A DNA stretch of 10,384 nucleotides from Pseudomonadota bacterium (GTDB lineage Bacteria; Bdellovibrionota; FAC87; UBA2466), in assembly GCA_043718025.1 (NCBI GenBank), contig JAYSWN010000117.1, positions 1 through 10,384 on the forward strand, read 5' to 3'. The position numbers and the translations under genes were made by a program. The notes under the pieces are model-generated. The model made no database searches and was not told the origin of the DNA. It saw only the letters and a list, made by a program, of their open reading frames with translations. Every line of letters begins with the position of its first letter. The stretch's first letter is position 1. Positions 1-7,201 of this stretch are shown here, piece by piece.

Positions 1-114
1 CCCTAGGTGAATGACTTCGGCGCCGCCCGATTGCAGCAGACGCCGCATGATGTTGATTGAAGCGTCATGCCCATCAAAGAGTGAGGCAGCGGTAACGAAG
101 CGGGTGCGAAACAT
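1..114 (-). CDS. icmF: 5' end (partial) of fused isobutyryl-CoA mutase / methylmalonyl-CoA mutase family protein, N-terminal cobalamin-binding domain
   Basis: Manual translation from ATG at 114 gives [38 protein letters not shown], open to the window edge. [30 protein letters not shown] with the DxH B12-ligand motif is the characteristic IcmF N-terminus. Confidence 0.9.
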   Translation of the reverse strand, partial: MFRTRFVTAASLFDGHDASINIMRRLLQSGGAEVIHLG

Positions 115-121
115 AGCTCGA

Positions 122-150
122 ATTATGTTGGGGACGGGCCGCGCAGTCAA
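122..150 (-). promoter_or_regulatory. sigma70-type promoter for icmF (TTGACT-N17-CATAAT)
   Basis: -35 TTGACT at 150-145, 17-nt spacer, -10 CATAAT at 127-122. The ATG follows 7 nt after the -10. Confidence 0.65.
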
Positions 151-177
151 AAGCTTAGAGGGCCCTTTAAGAAAGGG

Positions 178-206
178 TTGGCTCCTTAGCTAAAAAAGGC
201 AACAAT
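178..206 (+). promoter_or_regulatory. possible sigma70-type promoter for rnd (TTGGCT-N17-AACAAT)
   Basis: -35-like at 178-183, 17-nt spacer, -10-like at 201-206, ATG 6 nt later. A weaker consensus match. Confidence 0.35.
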
Positions 207-212
207 CACGCC

Positions 213-1400
213 ATGGCGAAAGATGGCATAGGCGGCGGTTGGGTAGATAACCAAGAAACACTCCTTGAAATGGTGGCGGCGCTGAAGGGCGCTCCGGTGA
301 TTGGGCTGGATACCGAGTTTGTAAGAGAGACTACCTTTTATCCGCAAATCGCGCTGATTCAGCTGGCGACGCGGGAAGGCGTTTGGTTGGTCGACCCGCT
401 GGCCTTCGAAGGGGATGAGCTTGCCCCCTTATTCGGCGTGCTCAAGGCCCCCGAGAGTTTAAAGATTTTGCACGCGGCGTTTGCCGACCAAGAGTGTTTT
501 TATTCGAGTTACGGCTTTACCACCGAGCCGGTGCTGGATACGGCCGTGGCCGCGGCCTTGTTGGGGTACGGCGACAACATTGGCCTGCAAAAGTTGCTGC
601 GCACCGTGAGCGGCGTGAATTTGCGAAAAGGGCGATCACGGGTGAAGTGGCTGCAACGGCCGCTATCCACTGAGTTATTGCAGTACGCTGAGCAAGACGT
701 GATTTTCCTGCTTGATCTCACCGAAGAGTTGAAGCGGCGGCTTGAGAAGAAAAACCGCTGGGAATGGGCCGTGGCCGAGAGTCGCGTTGATCCCAAAGTG
801 TTTGAAGTCACCGCCGATGAGATGGCAGTTAAAATTGCGCGCGGGGGACAGATTGATTCGGCTACGTTTAATGCGTTGGTGCTGTTGATGCGCTGGCGTG
901 AAGAGCGGGCCCGGCAGGCTAACTTACCCCGAGGTTGGGTGGCGGGTAATGAGGTGCTGGTGTCGCTTGCCCGCGCCAAACCGCGATCGATGACCGAACT
1001 AAAAACTTTTCGCGGAATTTCACCCAAAGAGGTCGATCGGCAGGGCGATCGCATTCTCGACGCCATTGCCCAGTGTAAAGACGCCACGGGACTGCCCGCG
1101 CTGCCTGAGAGCTACGATGATGAATCGGCCGACGTCGAAGATCACGCGCTTGATTTACTGAAGGCCTACTTGGCCTTTTTGTCGGCGCAGTATCAGATTG
1201 CACCACGGTTTCTCTTAAACTCATCAAAATCACGCGAGCTGCTGTTCAAAGCCGAAGCGTCGATGGAATCTTGGATCAAGAGTGGGTTGGTAACGGCGAA
1301 ATCGGTGGAGTTGGTCGGGCCTGATCTTCAGGCATTTTTGCTGGGGAAAAAGGGGTTGGGACTTTCCGCGGGAAAGGTAACGGCCTTCGATACGAATTAA
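213..1400 (+). CDS. rnd: ribonuclease D (DEDDy 3'-5' exonuclease + HRDC domain)
   Basis: GLDTEFVRETTFYPQIALIQLA, KILHAAFADQE, W.QRPLS..LLQYAEQDV exonuclease motifs. HRDC-like region WREERARQANLPRGWV...L.TFRGI. Confidence 0.93.
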   Translation: MAKDGIGGGWVDNQETLLEMVAALKGAPVIGLDTEFVRETTFYPQIALIQLATREGVWLVDPLAFEGDELAPLFGVLKAPESLKILHAAFADQECFYSSYGFTTEPVLDTAVAAALLGYGDNIGLQKLLRTVSGVNLRKGRSRVKWLQRPLSTELLQYAEQDVIFLLDLTEELKRRLEKKNRWEWAVAESRVDPKVFEVTADEMAVKIARGGQIDSATFNALVLLMRWREERARQANLPRGWVAGNEVLVSLARAKPRSMTELKTFRGISPKEVDRQGDRILDAIAQCKDATGLPALPESYDDESADVEDHALDLLKAYLAFLSAQYQIAPRFLLNSSKSRELLFKAEASMESWIKSGLVTAKSVELVGPDLQAFLLGKKGLGLSAGKVTAFDTN

Positions 1401-1420
1401 GCCAGGGCCCGAAGTGGCTT
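1399..1420. terminator. weak hairpin between convergent rnd and small gene
   Basis: AAGCCA-N10-TGGCTT inverted repeat followed by gcttttactt, in a 24-bp convergent gap. Confidence 0.3.
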
Positions 1421-1424
1421 GCTT

Positions 1425-1682
1425 TTACTTCTTGGCCACCGTGGCTATCGGCGCGCAGCTTAAATTCGCCATCTGCACACAGAACTCTTCGCACGCATAG
1501 GGGTCTTCGCCCTCTTTTTCACATTCCACCTGGCAGGTGATGTGGCGTTTGGCGTCGCTGTCCAGAACTCGAGAAGACTCGGAACCTTTCGGCTCTGCCT
1601 TCTCATCTGCGGCCAGCGCGGGGCTAGCGAGCATTAAGCCCATTCCCGCGCACAAGACCAAGATTTTACGCGTTATCAGCAT
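1425..1682 (-). CDS. small exported Cys-rich hypothetical protein (85 aa)
   Basis: ATG at 1682 preceded by AGGAG. Sec-like signal MLITRKILVLCAGMGLMLASPALA. Mature part contains CX3C-X9-CX3C plus one further Cys. Confidence 0.7.
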   Translation of the reverse strand: MLITRKILVLCAGMGLMLASPALAADEKAEPKGSESSRVLDSDAKRHITCQVECEKEGEDPYACEEFCVQMANLSCAPIATVAKK

Positions 1683-1886
1683 ACGTTCTCCTACCACTAT
1701 AGGTACGTCATCGTTCTTTTGAAATTGCGTGAGTGGTCTGGAGTGAATTGAAGATCAAGATGGCCAACACACGTCCTACAAGTTCCAATTTTGCGATCCT
1801 CTCTAGTTTACGAAAAGATTATGAAGCAATTGTGCCGGGGGTTAGTAGGTAATTGATTTCTTTAGGAGATCTGTATTCAGCTTGAA

Positions 1887-1921
1887 TGCTAGGCTGAAAA
1901 GCCTTTAGCAGCATGCTTTTT
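1887..1921. terminator. hairpin TGCTA-GGCT-GAAA-AGCC-(TT)-TAGCA with T5 run on + strand
   Basis: Stem 1887-1910 with GAAA loop, T-run 1917-1921. It lies just downstream of the minus-strand DUF4442 gene, but the T-run is on the + strand. Confidence 0.35.
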
Positions 1922-1938
1922 GGGGCGACTCACTGAAT

Positions 1939-2442
1939 TCAGGTCAGTGGAAATGACTTAGCCGAAAGCACAAGCTCGAAAGTGGCGACGGGATCTTCAC
2001 CAAATTTTTGGGGGACCAGTGCCACCCCCTTTATCGGAATGTGATGCCGTTCGCCGCTGGTGAGCACGGTCTCAATGAATTGGGCTAACTCAGCTCCCCC
2101 CGCCACCCGAAAGTGAACATCGCCTTCGGGCCGCTTGAGAAAGTTCATTTGCATCGTTTTAAAGGCGAAGCTGACTTTTCTGCCCTGATTCTTAGCTTTT
2201 CGAAAGGCGTGGGCGGGATAAATTCCTACTGATACATCGGCTCCAATGGCCAATGCGCCGAAGTACATTGATCCCAGGTGATTGCGGGTGAGGTAGGTCA
2301 GGGGGATCACGATTTCGGTAAGCTCGGCGCTCACCGCCAGCACTCGGGGCCGACACAGCAAAATAAGCGGCACGTACTTTAGTGAGAATGCCTTTAGCAG
2401 CCAAGTGGCCTTGATTCGATCGCGGGAAGAAAGCGAATTCAT
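1939..2442 (-). CDS. DUF4442 / YiiD-like hotdog-fold thioesterase family protein
   Basis: TRNHLGSMYFGALAIGAD and FK.M.M.FLKRPEGDVHF motifs. ATG at 2442 with GAGGG upstream is preferred over TTG at 2460. Confidence 0.8.
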   Translation of the reverse strand: MNSLSSRDRIKATWLLKAFSLKYVPLILLCRPRVLAVSAELTEIVIPLTYLTRNHLGSMYFGALAIGADVSVGIYPAHAFRKAKNQGRKVSFAFKTMQMNFLKRPEGDVHFRVAGGAELAQFIETVLTSGERHHIPIKGVALVPQKFGEDPVATFELVLSAKSFPLT

Positions 2443-2567
2443 GCTGCCACCCTCGGGCAAGAGCGCGCCAACGTCAAACTTGAGAAAGAGAATTCACTTA
2501 TTTAGCTCGATCTGGCTGGCTTTCGTGCGCTGACACCACTCTAGAATTGATTTACCCTAACCGCACT

Positions 2568-3302
2568 ATGCTCACTAAATTTGTAAGCGGATTGACGGCC
2601 ATCTTTTCCGGACAAAAGTTTTTAACCCTTCGCCCCAAGCTCTGGGCGTACGCCATCTTACCGGTGAGCGTGCAGATGATTTTAACGGTGGCCTTTTTGT
2701 GGCTGGGTTTTTACGCCGCCGACGAAGCGGTGGCGTGGGTGTCAACTCGCATGCCGGTTCACGGCTGGGCCAAGATCATGTGGTGGGCGGTAAAATTTGG
2801 AATCTACGCCAGCGCCATCTTACTCTCGATGGCGTTATCGTGGGTGGCCGCATCGGTGATCGTGCTGCCGCTCTTCGAACCGTTGGCGCAGCAGGTAGAA
2901 AAAGTATTGGGAGTGCCAGCTTCCGGTTTTTCTCCGCTGCCTTTTTGGCTGGGGATGAAAGACGGCCTGCTAATTTCACTCGAAATGTTTGCCGCTAACC
3001 TTTTATGTCTGACTGCGCATCTGGTTCCCGGGGCGGGAAATGTGGTGGCCCCATTCTTAAGCTTAATTGTGAATTCTTACTTCGCCGGCTTCGCGCTTTT
3101 TGAATTTTCTCTCTCATTTCGGGGCTATCGCCGGCCCCAGAAAAAGGCTTGGATAAACAGTAATTTATCGACCGTCATGGGGTTAGGGGCGGTGGCGTTT
3201 TTCTTCAATCTAATCCCTATCTTAGGGGCCATTTTCTTGGCGCCAATTGTGGTCGGCGCGGTGATTCGACATCGTGAAATAAGTGACACATTGCGTCCAT
3301 GA
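2568..3302 (+). CDS. EI24 / CysZ-like integral membrane protein
   Basis: Several TM helices with the pattern L..P.LW.YAILP, 'PLFEPLAQQVE', 'HLVPGAG', 'GFALFEFSL..R', 'LIPILGAIFLAPIVVGA'. ATG 2568 preferred over TTG 2547. Confidence 0.8.
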   Translation: MLTKFVSGLTAIFSGQKFLTLRPKLWAYAILPVSVQMILTVAFLWLGFYAADEAVAWVSTRMPVHGWAKIMWWAVKFGIYASAILLSMALSWVAASVIVLPLFEPLAQQVEKVLGVPASGFSPLPFWLGMKDGLLISLEMFAANLLCLTAHLVPGAGNVVAPFLSLIVNSYFAGFALFEFSLSFRGYRRPQKKAWINSNLSTVMGLGAVAFFFNLIPILGAIFLAPIVVGAVIRHREISDTLRP

Positions 3303-3323
3303 TTCGGTATACTCATAGAACAC

Positions 3324-3935
3324 ATGACGCAATCGAAATGGATTGTGTTTGGTTGGTCTATCTTCTTCACGACGTTGGCATTCGCTGCACCGAAATCAAA
3401 ACAGGGCTCATACGCTTACTCGCCAAAATACGGGAAAGCGGTAAAAATAGCCCCCCACCAAACTACAAAAAGTACAAAAACTACTAAGCAAGTTTATCGC
3501 CCTAAATTTAAGGCGGAGCCCCAAGCCACGGAAGTGGCCGGTGCCGATGCCGTGATTTACAAGGCCCAGAAATTCGCGAGCGAGATGACGCAAGAGGTGG
3601 GTTACCTCTTAAAGTCGACTGGCCCGTGGCTCAAAGAGATTGAAGATCAAATTCGGGGCGTGGATCAAGCGCCGCCGCCGGTCGTAGTAAAATCGCACGA
3701 TAAGCAACGCAATTTGTTAGCGACAAAGCAATCCACTGCGGCCGCTCCCGCCGGTAAGGCGCACGCCTCGATAAGCGGATTAGGCCGCCACAAAGCCGAG
3801 CCAAAACGTCAGCTTGGGCAAATGTCGCAAAGTCCAAATCAGATCTTGGATACGGTGGTTCAATTCAGCAAAGACACTTGGGATAAGGTTCATCTCGTGG
3901 TGGCAGATCTGATGGGCCAGTCTGACTCTCAATAG
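3324..3935 (+). CDS. exported hypothetical protein, basic/low complexity
   Basis: 203-aa ORF. Signal-like MTQSKWIVFGWSIFFTTLAFA. K/T/Q/A-rich linkers and two amphipathic-helix-like segments. No family recognised. Confidence 0.7.
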   Translation: MTQSKWIVFGWSIFFTTLAFAAPKSKQGSYAYSPKYGKAVKIAPHQTTKSTKTTKQVYRPKFKAEPQATEVAGADAVIYKAQKFASEMTQEVGYLLKSTGPWLKEIEDQIRGVDQAPPPVVVKSHDKQRNLLATKQSTAAAPAGKAHASISGLGRHKAEPKRQLGQMSQSPNQILDTVVQFSKDTWDKVHLVVADLMGQSDSQ

Positions 3936-3979
3936 GCCGAGGCTCAATCCTAACTAAGGCCGAGGCTCAATCCTAACTA
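3934..3979. repeat. perfect 23-bp tandem duplication AGGCCGAGGCTCAATCCTAACTA x2
   Basis: Copies at 3934-3956 and 3957-3979 are identical, with no spacer. Confidence 0.95.
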
Positions 3980-3993
3980 TTTCGCCCCGCCAC

Positions 3994-5217
3994 CTACGGC
4001 ATCATCGCCGCTAAGTGGGCGGGGCATTTTTTTAATAGCTTCTGATACTCCCGCTGCCACTCTCTCCAGCCATGAACGTTGTCGCCCTCGGTAGCGAGGT
4101 GCCCTAAAAAATCTTTCGGATCTTTTCCTGACTGCACCACGTAAGTGAAAAACTGCAAGGCGCTTTCTTTGGCCGTTGGGGTTTTACCGGCCATGAACTC
4201 GTTGGAGAGCTGAAGGTTTTCTTCGAGGCGATCGAGATAATGCATCCGCCCCTCCAAGAGTTCTACGTCGTCAACCAGATGGTCAGCATTCATCTGCGTG
4301 CGCAGGTGGCGGGTTTCGGCGGTGCGGGCCTCTTTTTTAACTTCGTCGTAAAGAATCCACGCCTCATAATCGGCCCACCGCAAATTGGGCTCTAGGGTGT
4401 CCCACGTATCGAGTTTGGCCATGCGCAGAATATTTATTTGTAGGTACTTATACTTCATGATCCGTTTTCCGGTGGCCGGTAGCCCTTCGAATAAAACGTC
4501 GGCGGCAAAGCGCGTGGCCAGTTGGCGCACGCTGGTAATTTCTCCCGCATCCACTTTAGTGATTAGTGCTTTAAACCGGGCGCGCTGGTTTGCGCTTAGC
4601 AGATACAGGGGCAGAGCATTTTCGTGATCTCTCTCTAGTGCGCCGGCCGCCAGTTCGCGGTGATTGGCGTGGTCGACCAGCCAGTTTCTAAAGAGCCGCA
4701 CGTCGTTTTTAAAGCCGCTCTCCATTCCCATGTGCAGGTGGCCGGCGCCGATGCGCCGTTCGGGAAATAGCTGCACTTGGGCCATTTGATCAAAAATATC
4801 TCGCTGAATGCGGGTTTTGTTTTTGCGCAGCTCGATAAGGGTAAACGGGGGAACAATCACCTCGAGGCACCACGGATCCATGGTGACATCAAAATGCCAA
4901 CCGTCGTGGTAGGTGACGCGCACGACGTCGTTACCCCACTTGTCTTCGGCCTCCTTAAGTTTCACTTGGCTAATGTCGGGGCGGGAGCGCGCCAGTTGTT
5001 TCATGTGGTTGTAGAAAGCTTCGAGGGCGTCTTGGTTTTGTTGACTCCACGGCACGACGCCGGTGGGCCCGTGGGTGAGTGGCGCTGTCTTCATTCGTTG
5101 TTTATGAACGGCCGAGGTAAATGTGAGCTCGCCGCCCCAGGTGGGTAACCACTCTGCCAACCCAATATTTGAAAAATAGAGAAAGAACGCAAAAAGCAGA
5201 CGCGACAACAACCCCAT
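3994..5217 (-). CDS. exported putative amidoligase-like (carboxylate-amine ligase / GCS2 fold) protein
   Basis: ATG 5217 with GGGAGG SD. Signal-like MGLLSRLLFAFFLYFSNIGLA. Ordered motifs TWGGELTF, DPWCLEVIVPP, GAGHLHMG, KYLQIN, RTAETR parallel the Amidoligase_2 motifs TFGxExE, D..E..SP, GxHxHxG, Y..lN, TxEfR. Confidence 0.6.
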   Translation of the reverse strand: MGLLSRLLFAFFLYFSNIGLAEWLPTWGGELTFTSAVHKQRMKTAPLTHGPTGVVPWSQQNQDALEAFYNHMKQLARSRPDISQVKLKEAEDKWGNDVVRVTYHDGWHFDVTMDPWCLEVIVPPFTLIELRKNKTRIQRDIFDQMAQVQLFPERRIGAGHLHMGMESGFKNDVRLFRNWLVDHANHRELAAGALERDHENALPLYLLSANQRARFKALITKVDAGEITSVRQLATRFAADVLFEGLPATGKRIMKYKYLQINILRMAKLDTWDTLEPNLRWADYEAWILYDEVKKEARTAETRHLRTQMNADHLVDDVELLEGRMHYLDRLEENLQLSNEFMAGKTPTAKESALQFFTYVVQSGKDPKDFLGHLATEGDNVHGWREWQREYQKLLKKCPAHLAAMMP

Positions 5218-5241
5218 AACCCCTCCCACCCTTGAAACAAG

Positions 5242-5270
5242 GTTATATGGCGTGTCAAAACTTAAGACAA
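5242..5270 (-). promoter_or_regulatory. sigma70-type promoter for the amidoligase-like gene (TTGTCT-N17-TATAAC)
   Basis: -35 at 5270-5265, 17-nt spacer, -10 at 5247-5242, suitably placed before the SD and ATG 5217. Confidence 0.5.
5253..5269. promoter_or_regulatory. 17-bp dyad TGTC-N9-GACA, candidate regulator site
   Basis: TGTCAAAACTTAAGACA in the divergent intergenic region. Related 17-mers at 8644 and 9438. Confidence 0.4.
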
Positions 5271-5337
5271 GGGAGACTAGCGGTCGGCGGTGGCTTCAAA
5301 AAGCACAATTTGGGCGGGGGGCCCCCACCTAAACAAC

Positions 5338-5353
5338 GGGAATGCACCTTGCA
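5338..5353 (+). promoter_or_regulatory. possible sigma54 (-24/-12) promoter for the lipoprotein gene
   Basis: GG(5339-40)-N10-GC(5351-52) with TTGCA at -12. The -24 box (GGGAAT) is degenerate. Confidence 0.35.
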
Positions 5354-5403
5354 CCAAAAGTGGCCATAATAAGGGGACTATCGTTTTTTTAGTTGGGGGC
5401 TAC

Positions 5404-6285
5404 TTGAACTCTTTAGATCGCCAAATTTCGCCTGCGGTTTTGATTTTAGTCGTGGCCCTATTGTCGGGCTGTCTCGCCAGTAAGCCGCCTAAACCTGGTG
5501 GTGGTGGCGGAGGGGCTGGACCCGGTGGGGCACCGGCGTGTCCCAAGTGTAATCCCAAGGCCCCAGGGCAAACTCGCGGTAATCCGGGCGAGGGCAAGGG
5601 GACGCACGGTGATGGAAAACAGGGCAATGAAGTGGCGGCCCCGGCCGTCGGTGGTCCGGCGGCGCTGGCTCCGAATCAGGACAATGGCAATTTTCCTGCG
5701 CCGTTGTTCAATCCCGACGGCAGTGTGGTGAACCCCACCGTAGTGCAGGGCGGAACGCTACCGGGTGGCGGATTGCCCGCGACGACGGGCAATGGCAACC
5801 CTGGCGACGTGGCGGCGCCAATTAGTGAACGGCCAGTACCTCCAGGGGGAGGCGCAACGACTACCGCACCCATCGTTGGGGCGGGAACAAAAGCGCCGAC
5901 CGATCAGGCTGGTCAAAAGATAGTTGATAAGCCCGAGCCGCTTGGCTTGTGTAGTGACGAGAGTTCGAATCTATTTAAATGGGCGAAGGGGGCGACGGAG
6001 GAACTTGCGAAAGGGCTGATTCCAAATCCCTTAGCTGAGTCTTTGCCGGGAAACAGCGCGTTGAACAACGAAATGATTGAAGTGCTAGGGAAACATATTG
6101 ATGAGCAAAAAGCAGCGAATATCGGGCCTCCAAATTCTGAGACAAACAATAAATTAATCGCCGATCGCGCTAAGTCACAAATCATGAAGTGCTTGAAGAC
6201 GATGATCGGTCAAAACGCCAACGCCGCCGCCGCCGCCGCCGCCCTTGCCGCACTAGAAAAGCGCGGTTGGAAGTTGCTCCCATGA
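5404..6285 (+). CDS. Gly/Pro-rich putative lipoprotein, hypothetical
   Basis: Likely TTG start at 5404 after GGGGG. Hydrophobic stretch and lipobox LLSG-C, CPKC motif, long G/P/A/N-rich linker, helical C-terminal domain. Stop overlaps the cutA start (ATGA). Confidence 0.65.
   Translation: MNSLDRQISPAVLILVVALLSGCLASKPPKPGGGGGGAGPGGAPACPKCNPKAPGQTRGNPGEGKGTHGDGKQGNEVAAPAVGGPAALAPNQDNGNFPAPLFNPDGSVVNPTVVQGGTLPGGGLPATTGNGNPGDVAAPISERPVPPGGGATTTAPIVGAGTKAPTDQAGQKIVDKPEPLGLCSDESSNLFKWAKGATEELAKGLIPNPLAESLPGNSALNNEMIEVLGKHIDEQKAANIGPPNSETNNKLIADRAKSQIMKCLKTMIGQNANAAAAAAALAALEKRGWKLLP
6223..6243 (+). repeat. (GCC)7 trinucleotide microsatellite encoding poly-Ala
   Basis: Seven perfect GCC units, preceded by AACGCCAAC. 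Confidence 0.9.
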
Positions 6286-6596
6286 ACCCAATCTCACTCA
6301 TTTACGTCACGGCCCCCACCAAAGACGAGGCCTTAAAAATCGGACGGGCCACCCTCGAAAAAAAACTCGCCGCCTGCATCAACGTGTGGGGCGGCATGCA
6401 ATCGATGTACTGGTGGGAGGGCAAAATAGAATCGGCCAGCGAATGGGTGCTGCTCATCAAAGCGCCGTCAGAAAAAGTAGATCAGATCATTGCCCTGACC
6501 AAAGCCATGCACAGCTACTCCACGCCCTGCGTCTTGAGTTGGGAAATGGCTAAGGGCAATCCGGCGTATTTAGAGTGGCTTCGCGGTGCGGTTTAA
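6282..6596 (+). CDS. cutA: divalent-cation tolerance protein CutA
   Basis: LIYVTAP..DEA..IGR..LEKKLAACIN, SMYWWEGKIE..SE..LLIK, HSYSTPCV, GNPAYLEWL. True start is ATG 6282. Confidence 0.93.
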   Translation: MNPISLIYVTAPTKDEALKIGRATLEKKLAACINVWGGMQSMYWWEGKIESASEWVLLIKAPSEKVDQIIALTKAMHSYSTPCVLSWEMAKGNPAYLEWLRGAV

Positions 6597-6597
6597 A

Positions 6598-7128
6598 TTA
6601 CGGCTCAATGGGCTGTAGCGTTTTATTTAAGGGCGCCAGATCAAACCCGCGCTCTTTTAGCCGGTTTAAAATTCCCTGGTAAGCTTCTTCGGGCATCTGC
6701 CGCTTGCGGCTTAAGATCCAAAGGTAACGGCGCTTAGGTTCGCTGACCACGGCAAATTCATAATCTGCCCCCAAATCAATCACCCAGTAGTTACCCGAAA
6801 ACGGCCAAAAAAAACGCACCTTCAATTTGGCGTTGGTTTCGGTATCCACCACCCAAGCTTTGCCGTTGGCCGTTCTCGGTTTCCCCTCTAGGGTTTTATC
6901 GCGGCACTCATTCAAAACGTTGATGTCGCCATCGTCACGCAGGGTGTAGGTGGCCTTGGCTGCGGCGCAATCTTTTTGAAACGGCGCGGGGAAGCTGGCG
7001 ATTTCGTACCAGACCCCCAAGTACTTCGCCAAATCAACGTGCTTCACGGTTTCCAGCGGTTCATTTGCTTGGGCGCGGCCCAGTAGCAAAAAGAGTGCGG
7101 TCAAAAGAAAACCAAATTTTGGGGACAT
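6598..7128 (-). CDS. blc: bacterial lipocalin (Blc-like), predicted non-lipidated
   Basis: VDLAKYLGVWYEIASFP..FQKDC, AKLKVRFFWPF.GNYWVIDL..DY, YLWILSR motifs. Strong SD AAGGAGGTGA. Signal ends AQA with no lipobox Cys. Confidence 0.9.
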   Translation of the reverse strand: MSPKFGFLLTALFLLLGRAQANEPLETVKHVDLAKYLGVWYEIASFPAPFQKDCAAAKATYTLRDDGDINVLNECRDKTLEGKPRTANGKAWVVDTETNAKLKVRFFWPFSGNYWVIDLGADYEFAVVSEPKRRYLWILSRKRQMPEEAYQGILNRLKERGFDLAPLNKTLQPIEP

Positions 7129-7201
7129 GAGTCACCTCCTTTTTAATGGATAAACGCTAGTCTCTGGCCCATGAGTGGGCAAGGCCCGTTTGGCTAAGGG
7201 A

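Noticed and set aside
106..133. dif-like site (CATAG-N6-TTATGTT)
   Set aside because: The XerD arm ends GGGG rather than AAAT, the XerC arm is poor, and the site overlaps the icmF start and -10. It is better explained as promoter/operator.
11..193. 60-aa + strand ORF
   Set aside because: Antisense shadow of icmF and its promoter.
509..1233. minus-strand ORFs 509-1087 and 919-1233
   Set aside because: Antisense shadows of rnd with no recognisable motifs. The same applies to other ORFs nested in or opposite the called genes.
3934..3979. CRISPR array
   Set aside because: Only two copies, no spacer, no cas genes.
5290..5403. N-terminal extension of the lipoprotein ORF from GTG 5290
   Set aside because: It would put the lipobox about 60 aa from the start and overlaps candidate promoter elements. 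TTG 5404 fits better.
6189..6281. poly-Arg N-terminal extension of CutA
   Set aside because: An alternate-frame reading of the (GCC)7 tract. CutA homology starts at ATG 6282.
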